Below are positions 38,701 through 53,700 of a stretch of 64,000 nt of DNA, piece by piece. The first letter of the stretch is position 1; each line of letters opens with the position of its first letter. The notes under the pieces were generated by a model. That model was not told the DNA's origin and did not search any database. It saw only the letters and a program-made list of their open reading frames with translations. The translations under genes and the position numbers were made by a program. The stretch comes from Mytilus edulis (taxonomy: Eukaryota). The stretch is from contig NC_092348.1 of assembly GCF_963676685.1 (NCBI RefSeq), positions 86,924,001 through 86,988,000 of the forward strand, given 5' to 3'.

Positions 38701-41700
38701 TGGGAGACTTTTATACTAACTAGTATAATATTCCAAGATAGAACACGCAGAGACATATAATACATATTAATATATTATACAAGTATGGACACAGACGCAA
38801 ATTGTCAGGGGGGTTAAAGGTCGTTACAAATGTATTGAAAGCTAGACTGGAAATGTGTATTAACAAATTGAGTTGATGTGTACATGTCTTCATTCAAATG
38901 CATTGACTGATAAAAAAAAGGGGGGCTTCAACTTCCACCCCTCTCTGTGAATTAGTTGTTTGAGTGTTTGAATATGGAGTTTGTTAATAAATAGCTGCAC
39001 TGTAAGCGCATGATATGTCTTGATTCCTTTTAAGCTTGCTTAAAGGTTGAACTATTTTGTTTTGTACAATTATTAGTCTATTTGTTTTCTCATTTCAGTT
39101 GTTTTATATTTGTCATTTTAAGGTCTTTTATAGCTGACTGTGCTGTATGAGCTTTTGTCATTGTTGAAGGCTATTTGGGGACCTGTAGTTGTTAATCTTG
39201 TTTTAAATTTTGGAATGTAGCTGAAGTCAACAGACATAGACAATTCACCCAAGTTTTATAAAATGATGTGGAAGTGTTTATGTGAATAATTGAGATGGGA
39301 AATGAGGAAAGTGTCAAAGTGACAACAACCCAACCATAGAGTAGACAACAGCTGAAGGCCTCCAATGGGTTTTCAATGTAGCCAGAAACTCCTGCACTTA
39401 AAGGTGTCCAAAAACTATAAAATCCCTTCTTTTTTTAGCATATATAAAAATTCATAACACAGAAATGTATAATCTGAAATTTATTACAATCAAAAGGGAC
39501 CTTAGGTCAATGGTGTAAACAATTCACCAAAGTTTAATTAAAGGTGATGGATGCATTTTTGTGTTATTGTTCAAAATTGGAAAATTCTCTCTTTTTTAAG
39601 GATAAAATCTCTCTTCATAACATGATAATGAAAATTCTAAAATTTATAAAATCGATGTGGAGCTTATGTCAATAGATATAAACATTTCAACAAATTTTCT
39701 TGAAAGTAGGGGGAAGTGTTTTCTAGTTATTGTCTGAAGTGTGGATGATGGACTAATAGACAACAGTATACTATATTATGTTGTGTGTGAGACATTGGTA
39801 TAATAAAATGGTTTCGAATGAATAATGATTAGAAACTGTTTAATGCAGTTATTGAGGGAACGACAGTGAAGAAATTCCTGAGATCAATGCGTTTGAATCC
39901 TAAGAATTCAATTTTTGTTGAAATGAAACAAAGTTCAATTTTTGACCCTTTGGATCTTAATGTAAACCAATTTGAAAAAGGGACAATCCTGTGCAATTGA
40001 ATATTTCTTGTAATATATTATATTATATTAAATTATATGTCTGGAACACGTAAAGGTTGCAGAACCCAGAGACATATATACACATATATACATGTGTATA
40101 TAGCAGCCACTATGTTCCGTCAGTTACTTTGTTCCGGCGGAACTTTTCAACTAGTTATTTCGTTCCGATGGAACTTTCCAACTAGTTGTTTTATTGGCGA
40201 GTGCAGTCGAAAAGTTCCGGAAAAAAGTAGCTAGTTAAAAAGTTCCCGGAACAATGTATCTAGTTGAATAATTCTGGCAGAACAGAACAACTAGTTAATT
40301 CGGTCAGAATGTTGCCTTCATAACGAAATAAGTTGTAATTCATTGTTATACATTAATCTGAAATTGATATTTTTAAAAGTAACCACATGAGGAGGAACTT
40401 TTGGGCTAGTTTGTTAGTTCCGGTTTTGACTTAATATATTTCCCAAAGAGGAACTTTGTGACTAGTTGATATGTTCCTTTTGACTTTTGTAATCAGTATC
40501 TTGGTTCCCCTTTGAAAGGTTCAAATATAATATGTTACGCTTTTACTTTGCATCAATTCTCCAAATGGAACTTTGTGACTGGTTGGTAAGTTCCGTTCAG
40601 GGAACTTTTGGGCTGCCGGGTTTGTTAGTTCCAGTTTTGACTAATTTGGCAAAAAGGAACATTCTAACTAGTTGATATGTTCCGTTGGAACTTTTCAACT
40701 AGTCACTTTGTTCCGGTGGAACTTTTAAACCAAAGGAAGAGCATAGTAACTAGTTATTAAGTTCCTCCGGAACTTTTCGGCTAGACTAGTTAGTTCTTTC
40801 CGCCCGGAACTTTCCAACGTCGGAACAAAAGAGCATTTACATAATATATGTCTCTGCAGAACCTAAAAGAAAATAATAAAAAAAAAAAGACATTCAAAGG
40901 AGTAGGTCCGGTAAGGACCGATTTTGGCCTCAAATTTCAGGTTCGTCTAACGAAAGATTTTGACCACTTTTTAAACACTTAAGTGTCTATTTTATTTGAT
41001 TCAATTAGTTTCTGTGAAAGATTTTAACTAATTTGGTCATTAAAAACGACCAAATTCAAGCTGAAATATGAAAACTCTACCAAATATGCCGAAAAATGTC
41101 ACTTTTCAGATGGTTTTTGTCAAAAATGAAAGTGGCCGCATCCGTGTTCATCCTCAACCTTTATATATGTTATGTTCTCATCATCAAATACAACTTACAT
41201 TTCAATATCAAGGATGAACACGAATGCGGCAACTTTCGTTTTACACGGAAACCGTCTAAAATTTAATTAAAATGCTAGAATATTGAAGATTTCAGTAATT
41301 TAGCATGACTTAATGGTGCTAGTACTGATATATGTGCATTGTATGGTCAAAAACAGCCCATATTTATCTAGCATAAGCATGCTAGTGTCCAATAAATAAC
41401 TAATAGTTTACATTTTAACAATTTTGTAAAACTGCTATATTTTGGGGCCAAAAAGGGGTCTTACTGAACCTACTCCTTTGAACAGTTAGCTTGAAATAGC
41501 TCCTAATTAGAATCAAGGATGTATGTCAGATATACATCCTTGTTTTAATCAATTTAATATCTGAACTAAATGATCCTAAATGAATTAGACAGTGAACCAA
41601 AGAAAAAGAAAAACTTAAACAAAAAGTAAAATCACAAAAATACTGAACTTAGAGGAAGATCAATTGGGAAAGTCTATAATCACATGGCAAAATCAAATAA

Positions 41701-44700
41701 CAAAACACATCAAAAACGAATGGACAAAAACTGTCATATTCCTGACTTGGTACAGGCATTTTCAAATGTAGAAAATGGTGGATTAAACCTGGTTCTATAG
41801 CGCTAACCCTCTCACTTTAATGACAGTCTCATCAATTTCCGATATTTTTACATTGATGCGTTAAATAAACAGACACAATAAATATAATAGTCAAAATATG
41901 GGTACATCAGTCATCATCGTTTGACAATTTTAAAAGGAACCACAGTCGAATTCATACTGGAAAGTTCGTTACTTTCCCCTTCTTGCAATGGCTCATTATT
42001 GAACAGGTTGGGAACAAACCCTCTATATGGTGATTATACCTGTATAGAGGGATAATCTTTCTATAGAGGGATAAAATTATCCTTCTATAGAGGGGTATTT
42101 TTCTTTAGACTGGATTTAAATCAAAATTATGGGGCAGAATGGCATTCTCTACTTTAATATTTATATGGCAGTAGCCTCCAACAGTTGATGTACCAATTGA
42201 TGTACTTAGTTTAATATGCACATGTCCAGTTTGCTGCTTATCTGACTAAATATAAAATCTATTGTTCACCATGATTGAAAGCTGTGAGGATCAGGTAAAT
42301 TCTACTCACTTATGCCTCACTGAACAGAATTTCTATTGTTAGATTTAACATGAAATTTAAAGGTCAACTATTCCTTTTGATGTTGATCAGGTGTTCAGAT
42401 AGGTATACAAAAGATTGCAAGTTTTGTCACTTTAGCAGAAAACTGGTTATCCCAAATTTTAGTAAAGTGCATATATTGATACATATAATGCTAGAGATTA
42501 TAGCCAATATAACTAGAAAATGCCATTCTGCCCTAATTTGCTTTAAATCCAGTGCAAACAAAAATACCCCAGGCCTCTATAGAGGGATAATTTTATCCCT
42601 CTAAAGAAGGATTATATCTCTATACAGGTATAATCACCATACAGGGGGTTTATTCCCAACCTTGAAAGTTCAAGACTGCAGAGTAGCCCAGATTTACTGT
42701 AGATGACGAAGATGAAGGTAACATACTCATTCACTACATGTTGTTAGCAGGCACTCTTAACACTAGACAACTTGATGCAATGTATGTTCGTTCAAGTCGA
42801 TCAAGAATTTATTAGGTCAACATTCATTTTTACCTCATCACTACTTTTAGTTACACAGTGTGTAATTGTCATAATACGAAAATTTATCGGGTCAATAAAA
42901 TTCATATCGGGTGAGGCGAAGCCAAACCCGATATGAATTTTATTGACCCGATAAATTCCGTATTAGGACAATTGAACACTGTGTAACGAATTTATCCTGA
43001 TTTTGTTATATTACATGTTATTATATTTAAATTCAATATAAGGACAATATCAACCAAATATATTTTAGATATTTAATCTAAAACTGTGAAAAATTAAAAT
43101 ATTAGGACTATGAAGCAATTCATTTTTAATTTTTATTAGGTCAATGGTATAAGGGAGATAGTCCCAATTGACGTAATAAATAAGGGAGATAATTCCTATT
43201 GACGTAATAAAAAATTGTACTGAAATTTATTAGGACAATATCAGCCAATCAAATTGCGAGAAATTACTCTAAATCAGGATAAATGTTATTAGCAGGCACT
43301 CCTAACACTGGACAACTTGATGCAATGTATGTTCTTTCAAGTCGATCAAGAATTTATTAGGTCAACATTCATTCTTACCTCCACATGTCCAGCAATGTGG
43401 GTGCTATTACCATGTATTACACTAATGTTGATATGTAAGTCATAAGTAGTGTTAGACCCTGTTCACACTAGCATTTTTGTTAATCGATCTAATTTAAATC
43501 GATCGAAATAAAACCAGTTAGCGTTCACATTATCCTTAATCATAGCGATCTCTATCAGTCTAATCTGAACCACTGCGTTCACACTGAGACTACTATAAAA
43601 CTGTGTTATAGTAGTCTCAGGTTCACATTACAATTAAAAACGCAATCTGTCTGACCTTTTTACCCGTAAAACTGTAAACATTGTGTATAAATAGAACTGA
43701 TTTATCAAATTCATGTATAATACAACGATACACATACTTGACAGAAAGTAAAAGTTATTGTTTATCTTGAATCACAAGTTAAAATTTTTGTGATACGGTG
43801 TAATTGCAGTTTTCTTTAAATTTGAAAAAAATATCTTTAGCAACAAAGTTACAACATGACAAAATACTGTGGTTCCTGAAAAGAGAAAAAAAAATATCTA
43901 AGAAAAAAGACACAGATTTTGCAAATCTATGCTACAGCTAAGACAACATGTTTTCAGTTATTTTAAAGGCCTGTTAACAGAAATATGGGTTAAACAACGA
44001 ACCTCTGGGATATTTTGCCGCTATACATGCGCATAAGTTATTTTCAATTCAATGGTACTAGTTTAAACCGATCTCTGCGTTCACGTTTAAAGTAAGATCG
44101 GTTTACTTTAGATCAATTCAAACTAAACTACCTCTTTTGGTGTTTTAGTTTAGACCGATTGAAGATCGATTCACAGCGTTCACATTGGCCCTTAAATCGA
44201 TCTAAAGTGAACCGGTCTATTTTAAATCGATAAAAATGTCCTAGTGTGAACGGGGTGTTAGTAGATAATTGATATTTTTTATAAAATTTTAAATTATGAA
44301 GAGTAGATCCACCCACAGGCATGTGATATCCCAGTGGATAGAAACAAATGCCTGTGGATTTAGTGGTGCCTCCCTTTTCTAGATACAAAACAGCCCTTCA
44401 TCAGCTGTGCTAGTGGAATACATCTTTAGCTCAGTTTGAACACCTGAACAGAGGTGGTTTTAGGGCCCCTAGGTCCCACCCTTATGAGGGAAAAATTTGG
44501 TTTATTTTTTAGGGAATCACTGGAAAAGGCCACTCTTATGACAGTCTGTGTGTTCCCCCTCTCAAAAATGTCTAGATGCACCACTGTTTTTTCTTCCTGG
44601 GACATGTACCAGATTTGAATAACAGCTGGTACTGTGATTGATTTTGGAATGAAACTATGCTCTCTGATTACTATTGGCGCCCAACAAAAAAAACATGTAA

Positions 44701-47700
44701 AATTTTGTACTACCTCTCCCTTCACTTTAGGTCTTCCACAGAATTCAATTTGGCCCCATCTACTTGTATTTATATTGGCAACGTTCTCGAGTTGTGACTC
44801 TTTCAGATGAAACAGAAAGGTCATAATTTAGAACCAAAATATGAATATTAAATTTCTTCCCATAAAAGGTGTGGTTTGTAAAACAGCTGTATGTGTATTA
44901 AGAAAGTGTGACATACAATGTGTAGACCTAAATTAATAGTCTTTCAATTCGAAATATGATATTACTTAAAAAGTAACCATCAATGAATCAATCTAAACAA
45001 GAAAGTAGATATTCTCCTTGGACCCAGAATAAACAAATGTTGTATATTTCAGAGGAAGTACCAGATTTTTGTAAAGCCAATCCCACTGCAGTAATACCAA
45101 GCCTGACAAACTGTGCAGAGTTTTATAACTGTTCAGATGGAAACAAAGCCCATGAATGTCAATATCCAGATCTCTTCTCTAAGATATCTCATAAATGTGA
45201 AAATTTTACTGGTGTACAATGTAACAATAGGACAGAACCACAAGCTCCATGTAAGTATGAATTTTTAACATCTCAATTTGTATTAGGTCATATATTTTTG
45301 TAAATATTTTTCATTTTGAAATATTTTTACACAGCTTAATGCATGAATTTTCATACAGAAATACTGGCAACAGTGATCTTTCTGTAACCATGCAGGACTC
45401 ATGCTACCAAGTGACTGGGGTGAAGAAGTTTCTTTTCCTAATTTGGTTAAATGTATATATACATTGTTATACCAGGTAAAAGCATTGTTTCAATTTTGGA
45501 TATCATTTTGTTAAGTTTATATATCTTTATACAAATGAATGTCTTCAGCAGAATAGTTTCCTCATTGAAATTTTGTTGATAAAAGATAATTTCTTTTCAT
45601 ACAAAATACAATCCTGTACACTCATGAACACTTTTCATAAGATCCAAGACAGCAATTGATTATTCCATCAACATATTTGATAAATTAGTACCATATTTTA
45701 ACCACAGCTTTAAACATCCTTAGAAATATACCTGTAGTTACAATGATTACAGTAACAAAAAAGTATTATATTATATTTCCGAAACTTTAGTATTCTTATT
45801 GTATGAATTATAATGTTACATCTGAATATATATATGACTTCTCTTTTTTATTTTAGGTGAATATAATCAGAACTTGTGTAATGGTAAACCAGGCTGTATA
45901 TCATGCCCAAAACGATTGCCAAGTTGTGTTGGGAAACCTGACGGGAGTCAACCATTCCCTAGCAAACTGTGGATGGAGGACTATGTCAAATGTTATAAAA
46001 ATAGGACAATGTCAGTGGTCAAATGTCCTAAAGGACAATATTTCCATCCTAACGAACAGAAATGTAAAACTAAAGTAGATAAAGGTAAACCACTGTTAAT
46101 TTTGTATCCATATTTTGAATTATTGATGATGAAGAAGGGGTAAGGGGTATAAACTCATGAAACAAAATTCCTACACATTGAAAATCTAGAGGAAAAGAAC
46201 AGACTTTTTTACTGTCTTCAAGTCACAGTGACTTCAAAGCTAAATAGGTCCAGATGAACGGAGCACCAGAGTGAATGGAGTGATTCACTTGAAGTTGATA
46301 ATGATATATCAAGATGAACACAGATGAGGGATAATATCAACCAATTCAGGACAAGAATTTTACAAATACTTGTCATTATTTAAAAACAATATCATTTGTG
46401 ATATACAGATGAATATGGTGTGGGATTTTCTCACTTTGTTGAAGACCCATTGGCGGCCTTCAGCTGTGCTCTGCTCTATGGTATCTTTGACACATTCCCC
46501 ATTTTCAAACTTTATTTTATTCCTTTTACAAGGTTATCTGGAAAAACATAATTTCCAAAACCAAATTAAGGAACATTTATAAACTTTAAAATGTGATGGG
46601 CCTTAACAGAACTTAATTATCAAACCTAAGAAGTCAACTTTCCCTTCAAAGGATGTAAGTTTCTCTTTTCAGTGCACTCCACCTTTGTCCACCAATATCA
46701 AGAAATAGAGGCGGGTCTATTATTGAATTTTTAGAGTTGATATACATGTACAAGATTACTGTCAAACCATCAACTAATATTCTATCAGACAAAGTTCAAT
46801 CATGCTCACTACTTTATTCTTCCAGACCAAGAAAATTGAATGTTAAGAAGTCATCAACCTATCACATATATTCATTATATTTCAGTTGATGTACCAGATT
46901 ACTGTACAGCCCATCCCAGCGCCATTTTACCAGACCCAGATAATTGTGCTCACTACTTTAACTGCTCTGATCCCACAATGGCCACCATAACCAGAGGAGC
47001 AGGTCAGACTCCAGGAAATTACAGGAAGGAGTGTCACTATCCAGACTTATTTGATGACAGTATTAAACAATGTAATAAGTTTGAAATGGTCAACTGTGAC
47101 AAGAAACAAGAACCTCAAGCTCCTTGTAAGTTATTATTTTTTTTGACTTGTTTAGCTGGTCAATATAAATAATATGAAGTGAGGATGAAGATAAAACATT
47201 AGAAGTTTACCTTCATTTTTTAAATGAAGAAAACAATACGTGAGAAATTAAGTTTTATTGAGAATCAGATGCATGTTTGTAAAAAAAACCCTGAATAATG
47301 ATAAAGAAACTCATCTGGCCAGTGACAGAAACATCTTGAAATGGTTTAATTACTACAATACATAAAATTGGAAACAAGAAGAAATAAATGGTTGAATTAT
47401 TTGTCTGGATTTTGCATTCATATTTTATTTGATTTTAAGGTGAATACCAACAAAACTTATGTCAAGCTGTCAACAAAACCTGTGATCCTTGTACAAAGAG
47501 ACTTCCATCTTGTGTGGGGAAATCTGATGGATTAAATCCATTCCCTGCCAAGTTGTGGCAAGCAGATTATGTCAGATGTTATAAAAATAGAACAATGGCC
47601 GTCTCAAAATGTCCAACTGGAGAATACTTCAATCCTAGACTGGACAAATGTATGAAAGTTGTACAACCAGGTAAGTCATAATTTCTTCTGAAACAGGTCT

Positions 47701-50700
47701 TTTTAGGATATTTTGTAACCTATGTTTTTAAAACTCATGAATGAAAGTTTTGGAATGAGGTTAATCATATCTTCTGACTTTTTTATGTCCCACTGAGGGG
47801 CATTATGTTTTTTGGTCTGGTGTGTCTGTTCTTATGTCTATCAAGGTAGTTTTTGATAAAGCTGAAGTCCTATTAACTTGAAACTTAGTACACTTGTTCC
47901 CTATGCTATGATCTTTCTCATTTTAATGCCAAATTAAAGTTTTGACCACATTTTAATAGTCCACTCAACATAGAAAATGATACTGCGCATGGGGCATCCC
48001 TGTACTATGGACTTATTCTTGTTAATATATAGGTTTGCTTTGTATTACTTATATTATACAGCTATGACAATCTCAGATTGTTGTTAGGTTCACCTTTGTT
48101 CCTTATTTAGTTATCATACCATTTTATTGCGAGTTACGCCTTGAAGGCTATGGTTTTTACTATTCCAGTTGACATACCAGATTATTGTAAAGTCCACCCT
48201 ACAGCCATGATACCTGACCCTACAAACTGTGCCAAGTTCTACAACTGTTCACAGAACATGGCCACTAAAACAGCTGTAGCATCAGAGTGTAAATATCCTG
48301 ATCTATTCTCTGACGTTTCCCAGAAGTGTGAAAGATTCCAGAATGTGTCGTGTAAATCGAGGATGGAACCACAAGCTCCCTGTAAGTTTACAACTTTAGG
48401 TATAGGGATAAAGTCATTTCTTGTGTACTGTTCTTTAAAGTCAATTAAAGTGATGCAAATTATAATGTATTGTTGCATCATGTATTTTCATTCTTCTGAC
48501 AGATTTAAATTTACTGTATATAGATATAAGAAGATGTGGTATGGTTGCCAATGAGACAACTTTTCATTCAAGTCAAATTTATAAAAGTAAACCAGAATTG
48601 GTCAAAGTTAGGTCTTTTACACGGAGCCTTGGCTCACACTGAACAGCAAGCTACATGTATAAAGGACTTAAAAAATGACTTGTGTAAAACCATCCAAACA
48701 GGAAAAACAACTGTCTAATCTATATAAAAACGAGAATAAAAAAAAACATGTATGAACCTTATCAACAAACAACAACCAATAAACATGAGGTAATTTTCAT
48801 GAATAAGGCTGATTCCATCAATTTCTTTCCGTTCTTACAAACAAAGCTTTGTCAAACTGAATCCACATTTAAATGAAAGACATCATTATTAAAAATATCA
48901 TGTTTTTACACAGAAAACAAATTGTAAGGTTGTTTTGGTTTTGCAATGGCACTGTTCATATGGCATCTATGCTTCATGCCATAGTGTAAAACTTGCATTG
49001 ATTTGCACAAGGAAGAAAATTGTAAAAGAAGAAAAGTGTTATTTTAGTGAGAAAGTATTAAATCACTGCAGAGAAATTACAAAAAATATTTTATATGTAC
49101 TTGTCTTATAATGCAGATATATTATAATTATTTTATTCCTCAGGTGAATATGACCAAAACTTGTGTAAGCCAGGAGACATGAACTGTGAATTATGTCCTA
49201 AACGTTTACCGAGTTGTCGTGGACTACCTGATGGTGATGAAGCTGTCCAATCAGCTCTGTGGACAGATCTGTATGTCACATGTCTGATAAATAGGACCAT
49301 GGCTGTGCGTCACTGTCCTGTTGGTCAAGTGTTTGATCCCAGTCAGTTACACTGTGTCAGTAAAATACCAAAAGGTAAATTTGTAATTAATAGTTAAAAG
49401 TTTTGAATGTTCTCTTATTTTTTCCTCTTTTAACAATTACAAGCAAAATGTTCAAGATTTTCTGATAGCTTGTTAAAGTTGTCTCTGCAACCATACATTA
49501 TGGGATCTTAAGTGATCTGGTTAGAGAATTCTGGGAAAGATGTTACACGCATGATGTTGATGGATTTATAATATTGGTAATGATTACTTACCAAGCTAAG
49601 GTACTTTAAATTTCTCAGTTACTTATAAAAGAACAATTGCAAGCATGTGAATGATTGAAAAACAATTAAGCTTTCCTTTATGATTTTAAAATGTAGACAA
49701 AAAAAAGCATTGATGATAATTCTAGTGTGACATTTTTCTTTTAAAGAAAAATTAAAAATCCTATAATAGAATTTGTTTGGAACATTTTCCAGGAAATATT
49801 GATGCCTTCTGTCTGGCTAACCCCACATCTATAGTGCCACACCCAGACACATGTGGTCAGTACTACAACTGTTCAGCCATGTCCAAATATGGTCATCATC
49901 TCCAGGAATGTCAGTACCCAGATCTGTTTGATGATGTCAGTCTGACATGTAAAGACTTTGAACAAGTCAAGTGTAACAAATCAAAACATGAACCAGAGGC
50001 CCCATGTAAGTACTTTTATCCAGCACTGATGAATTTGATTGAAACATCAACTGATCTTCATAAAATGAAAACATTAATGAAAACATTATTTTGTGTTATT
50101 CTCCAAGTAGATTAATGTACTGTTCTTAATGCAGAAAAGAAAATAATGAAACTTTTTAGTCACATTTTAGTTTGTCGTTTTGTATATAAACAAATTAATG
50201 TATATGTTACTCTAATATTTTTTCTTACAGGTGAATATTTACAGAATAGATGTAATGCATCAGATCCAAGTTGTCTTCCATGTCCCAAACGTCTGCCTTC
50301 CTGTGTTGGACATCCAGATGGAGACAACTCATTCCCAAACAAACTATGGATGTCTGACTACATCACCTGTTATAAAAATAGAACATTGAATATAGCACAC
50401 TGTAGCCATGGTTACTTCAATCCAAGGACAGCCAAATGTGAAGATGATGTTCCTAAAGGTAATATTTAGGAATTAATTAAGGGAGAAGGAAAGCAAATCC
50501 ATATTTTATTATTTACAGAGTCTGTTACATAGTAAAATGTAATAAAACTTTTTTTAATTAAAAAAAACGTCAGAATGCTATTAATTTGGTATTATATATT
50601 AGTTAAAAGAAGCTATTTTAAATTTCCTGCCAAAAAAGGGCAGTTGATGTATTTTTATATATGTGACATCATTTCTTTTATTCTGGTTCCGCATTAATAT

Positions 50701-53700
50701 AAAAAAATGCTTACCAATTTAACAAGTTAAAAGAAAAAACCTTCAATTTCATAGAAACAGAGTTCTAGAGCTTTAAAACATTGTTATGATAACCTCTTGA
50801 ACTTTGTGCAAAACATAATCGTTACATTAATAAGCATGTAATCTTTGGATGTTTTTCAGTTGATCTGGTTTGTTCATCAGAACCAATTTATATTATAGTT
50901 GATTTTAATTTTGTTTTTCAGTTGATGTACCAGACTACTGTACAGCCCATCCCAGCGCTGTTCTAGCAGATCCAGATAACTGTGCTCACTACTTTAACTG
51001 CTCTGATCCCTCCATGGCCACCATAACCAGAGGAGCAGGTCAGACTCCAGGAAATTACAGGAAGGAGTGTCACTATCCAGACTTATTTGATGACAGTATT
51101 AAACAATGTAATAACTTTGAAATGGTCAACTGTAGTAAGAAACCAGAACCACAAGCTCCTTGTAAGTATGCTTGAATAGAAAAATAAATCTTGGCTCCCT
51201 TGCTTTCTGAACAGATATATCATGTTATGGAGGGGTAATTGCGAGAAATACTAGTCAAGGGACTAAAATTTCCCAAGCCACCAGGCGAGGAAAATTCGGT
51301 CCCAAGACTGGTATTTTTTCACAAATACTCCTCCATAACATGATATATCGGTTAAATTACACTGAGTAGGTTTGGATTTAAACTCTTGGTACAGGTGAAG
51401 ATAAATTTTATTTTTATTTGAAAGCTGTAATTCATTAACATGTTGATGCATAATTTTGAGGATAAGAGGATATTATCATAGAACCGCGGGAATTATGAAT
51501 GTACTTATAAGCTTAAGCTAGGTTTTTTTTAGGTTATGTCATATCCAAAAAAAATTTGGCGGGGAGATGCTCGAGAGTGTAAAAAAGGAATATTCAAAAT
51601 GCAAATTCACTGGCAGTGGTGAAAACAGGCAACTATTTTTAAAATGAGGAAAAATATTAGAATATGCAAAAAATACACTGGGTATCAACCAATCAAAATC
51701 TGGCTTTCTTATATAAGGTGTAATTATATTATAAATTCACCAATTCTGTTGGCCTTCATATCAATTTTTCAGTTCATATAAAGTGACAAAACATTACCTA
51801 ACCTTACTTGGCCTGAAAAATTTAACATAATTGTAATTGCATACAAGAGTCAACTGGTTCCCAGATGTTTGTTAGTACATAAACAGTAAAATATACCTAG
51901 CTTCAAGCTTTCATTTCAAACCAAAATTGGCATTGCATTTGGGTGAGTTCTGTGCAAAACATTTACACTCACTTATATGTTCTTCCCGGCTTGGCTTAAA
52001 TAAATGGTTCTATATCCATGAAACGAGCATAAGATAATTACCCCCGGAAAAATAATGAATCCACAGTTAGTTTATACATGTTAAGTCTCAACTTTCTATT
52101 AGCATTTCTGTCATCTCCTGACTTCAAAATTTACAGTACAATAGAAAAGAGTAGTGATGTTTGTAAGTGAGTGTTTTGAAATAAGATATTTAACATAAAG
52201 ACAAAAATCATGTGCAGTTGTTGTGGAACTATATCAAATTTCTTGGTTTTTCATTGTAATGTATTTATTTATTTCAGGTGACTATCAACAGAATTTGTGT
52301 CAAGCTGTCAACAAAACTTGTGATCCTTGTACAAAGAGACTTCCATCTTGTGTAGGGAAATCTGATGGGTTAAATCCCATTTCTGCCAAGATGTGGCAAG
52401 CAGATTATATGAGATGTTACAAAAATAGAACAATGGCGGTCACAACATGTCCAACTGGAGAATACTTCAACCCTAGACTGGATAAATGTATGAAAGTTGT
52501 ACAACCCGGTAGGTATTTCTCAGTAAAACATTAATTGAAATAATTATATTTTTGTGATCGGATTGCTTTCCTTAATAAATGTGGTAGGGCCACAATTAAA
52601 AATATTTCAGTTTGTCCAAACCCGACCCATGATGACTGGGTGTTGGTAGGTAGGTAGGCAAATTCTTTTTTTTTTTTTTTTTTATCAGAATTTGCATGAA
52701 AATATTAAAAGATTTTAAAACAGTATATCATGGCTTTTTTTTCCGTCAAACCTTTGTAGAGAAAACCAAAAGCCATGAATTTAAAACCTCTATAAATAAA
52801 TTAGTCTACTATATGATTTGTATCCTGAGATGTTTATAACACTGACAATTGCTAGCTGTGTGAAAGTGCTGGTGGATTTATGAAGTGATTTTCAACAGTT
52901 CCATCAACACGATGTTTGTGTAAAAAAAATATCAGCTGAGTATGTAATTATTAAATTTGTTTGCAGTTTTTAAATCCTATTTCTATTAAAATATTTATAT
53001 GAATTATTATCTATCATCCTTAGTTTGTGTCTTGTTTATGTTTTGAAAACAAATTTGTATTTACATTATCACACAGGTTAACTAATTTGGCTATAAATAG
53101 ATCAAAGCATGTTCTGTAGAATCTCCAAACTAAAAACGTATTTGTTATAATTTTATTTCTTTAAATAATCAAGTTTAAATTTTTGAAAATAATCATTATT
53201 GATAAAATATAATTGCATAAAGTTAACGTTTTCTGAAGACTATTTATTTTTAGGTCATGGTTCTAGAGGCTTCCTCACAAATTTGTATAAAAATCCAATA
53301 TGGCGTCCATAACATGTTTTTACTTTTGCACATGTGAAAAAAATATTTCTGTCAAAAGTCAGATTTCTCTTGTCAAAAGGGATTTATATTGCAATAAATT
53401 ATTCAGAGGGAGTTACATTCAGTTAAGATTATATTTCTGATTCTGTGAACAATTATAGTTTTATCAAATTCTCCCAAACAGCAACGTACTGATCTTGTCT
53501 AATGAGACTTGTAAATTTGAACTATTTGAATAAAAGGGCATCTAATTTACATGATAAAGAAAGATTATAATTAAAGACAACAATTTATCAAGAAATAATT
53601 CCTTTTTATTCAGTAAAAACAAAATCTTCTTGCAAGATTGTAAATTCGCAACTTCCGGATCCATTTCCTGTCAGAATAACATTGAAAATATTCGATTGCA

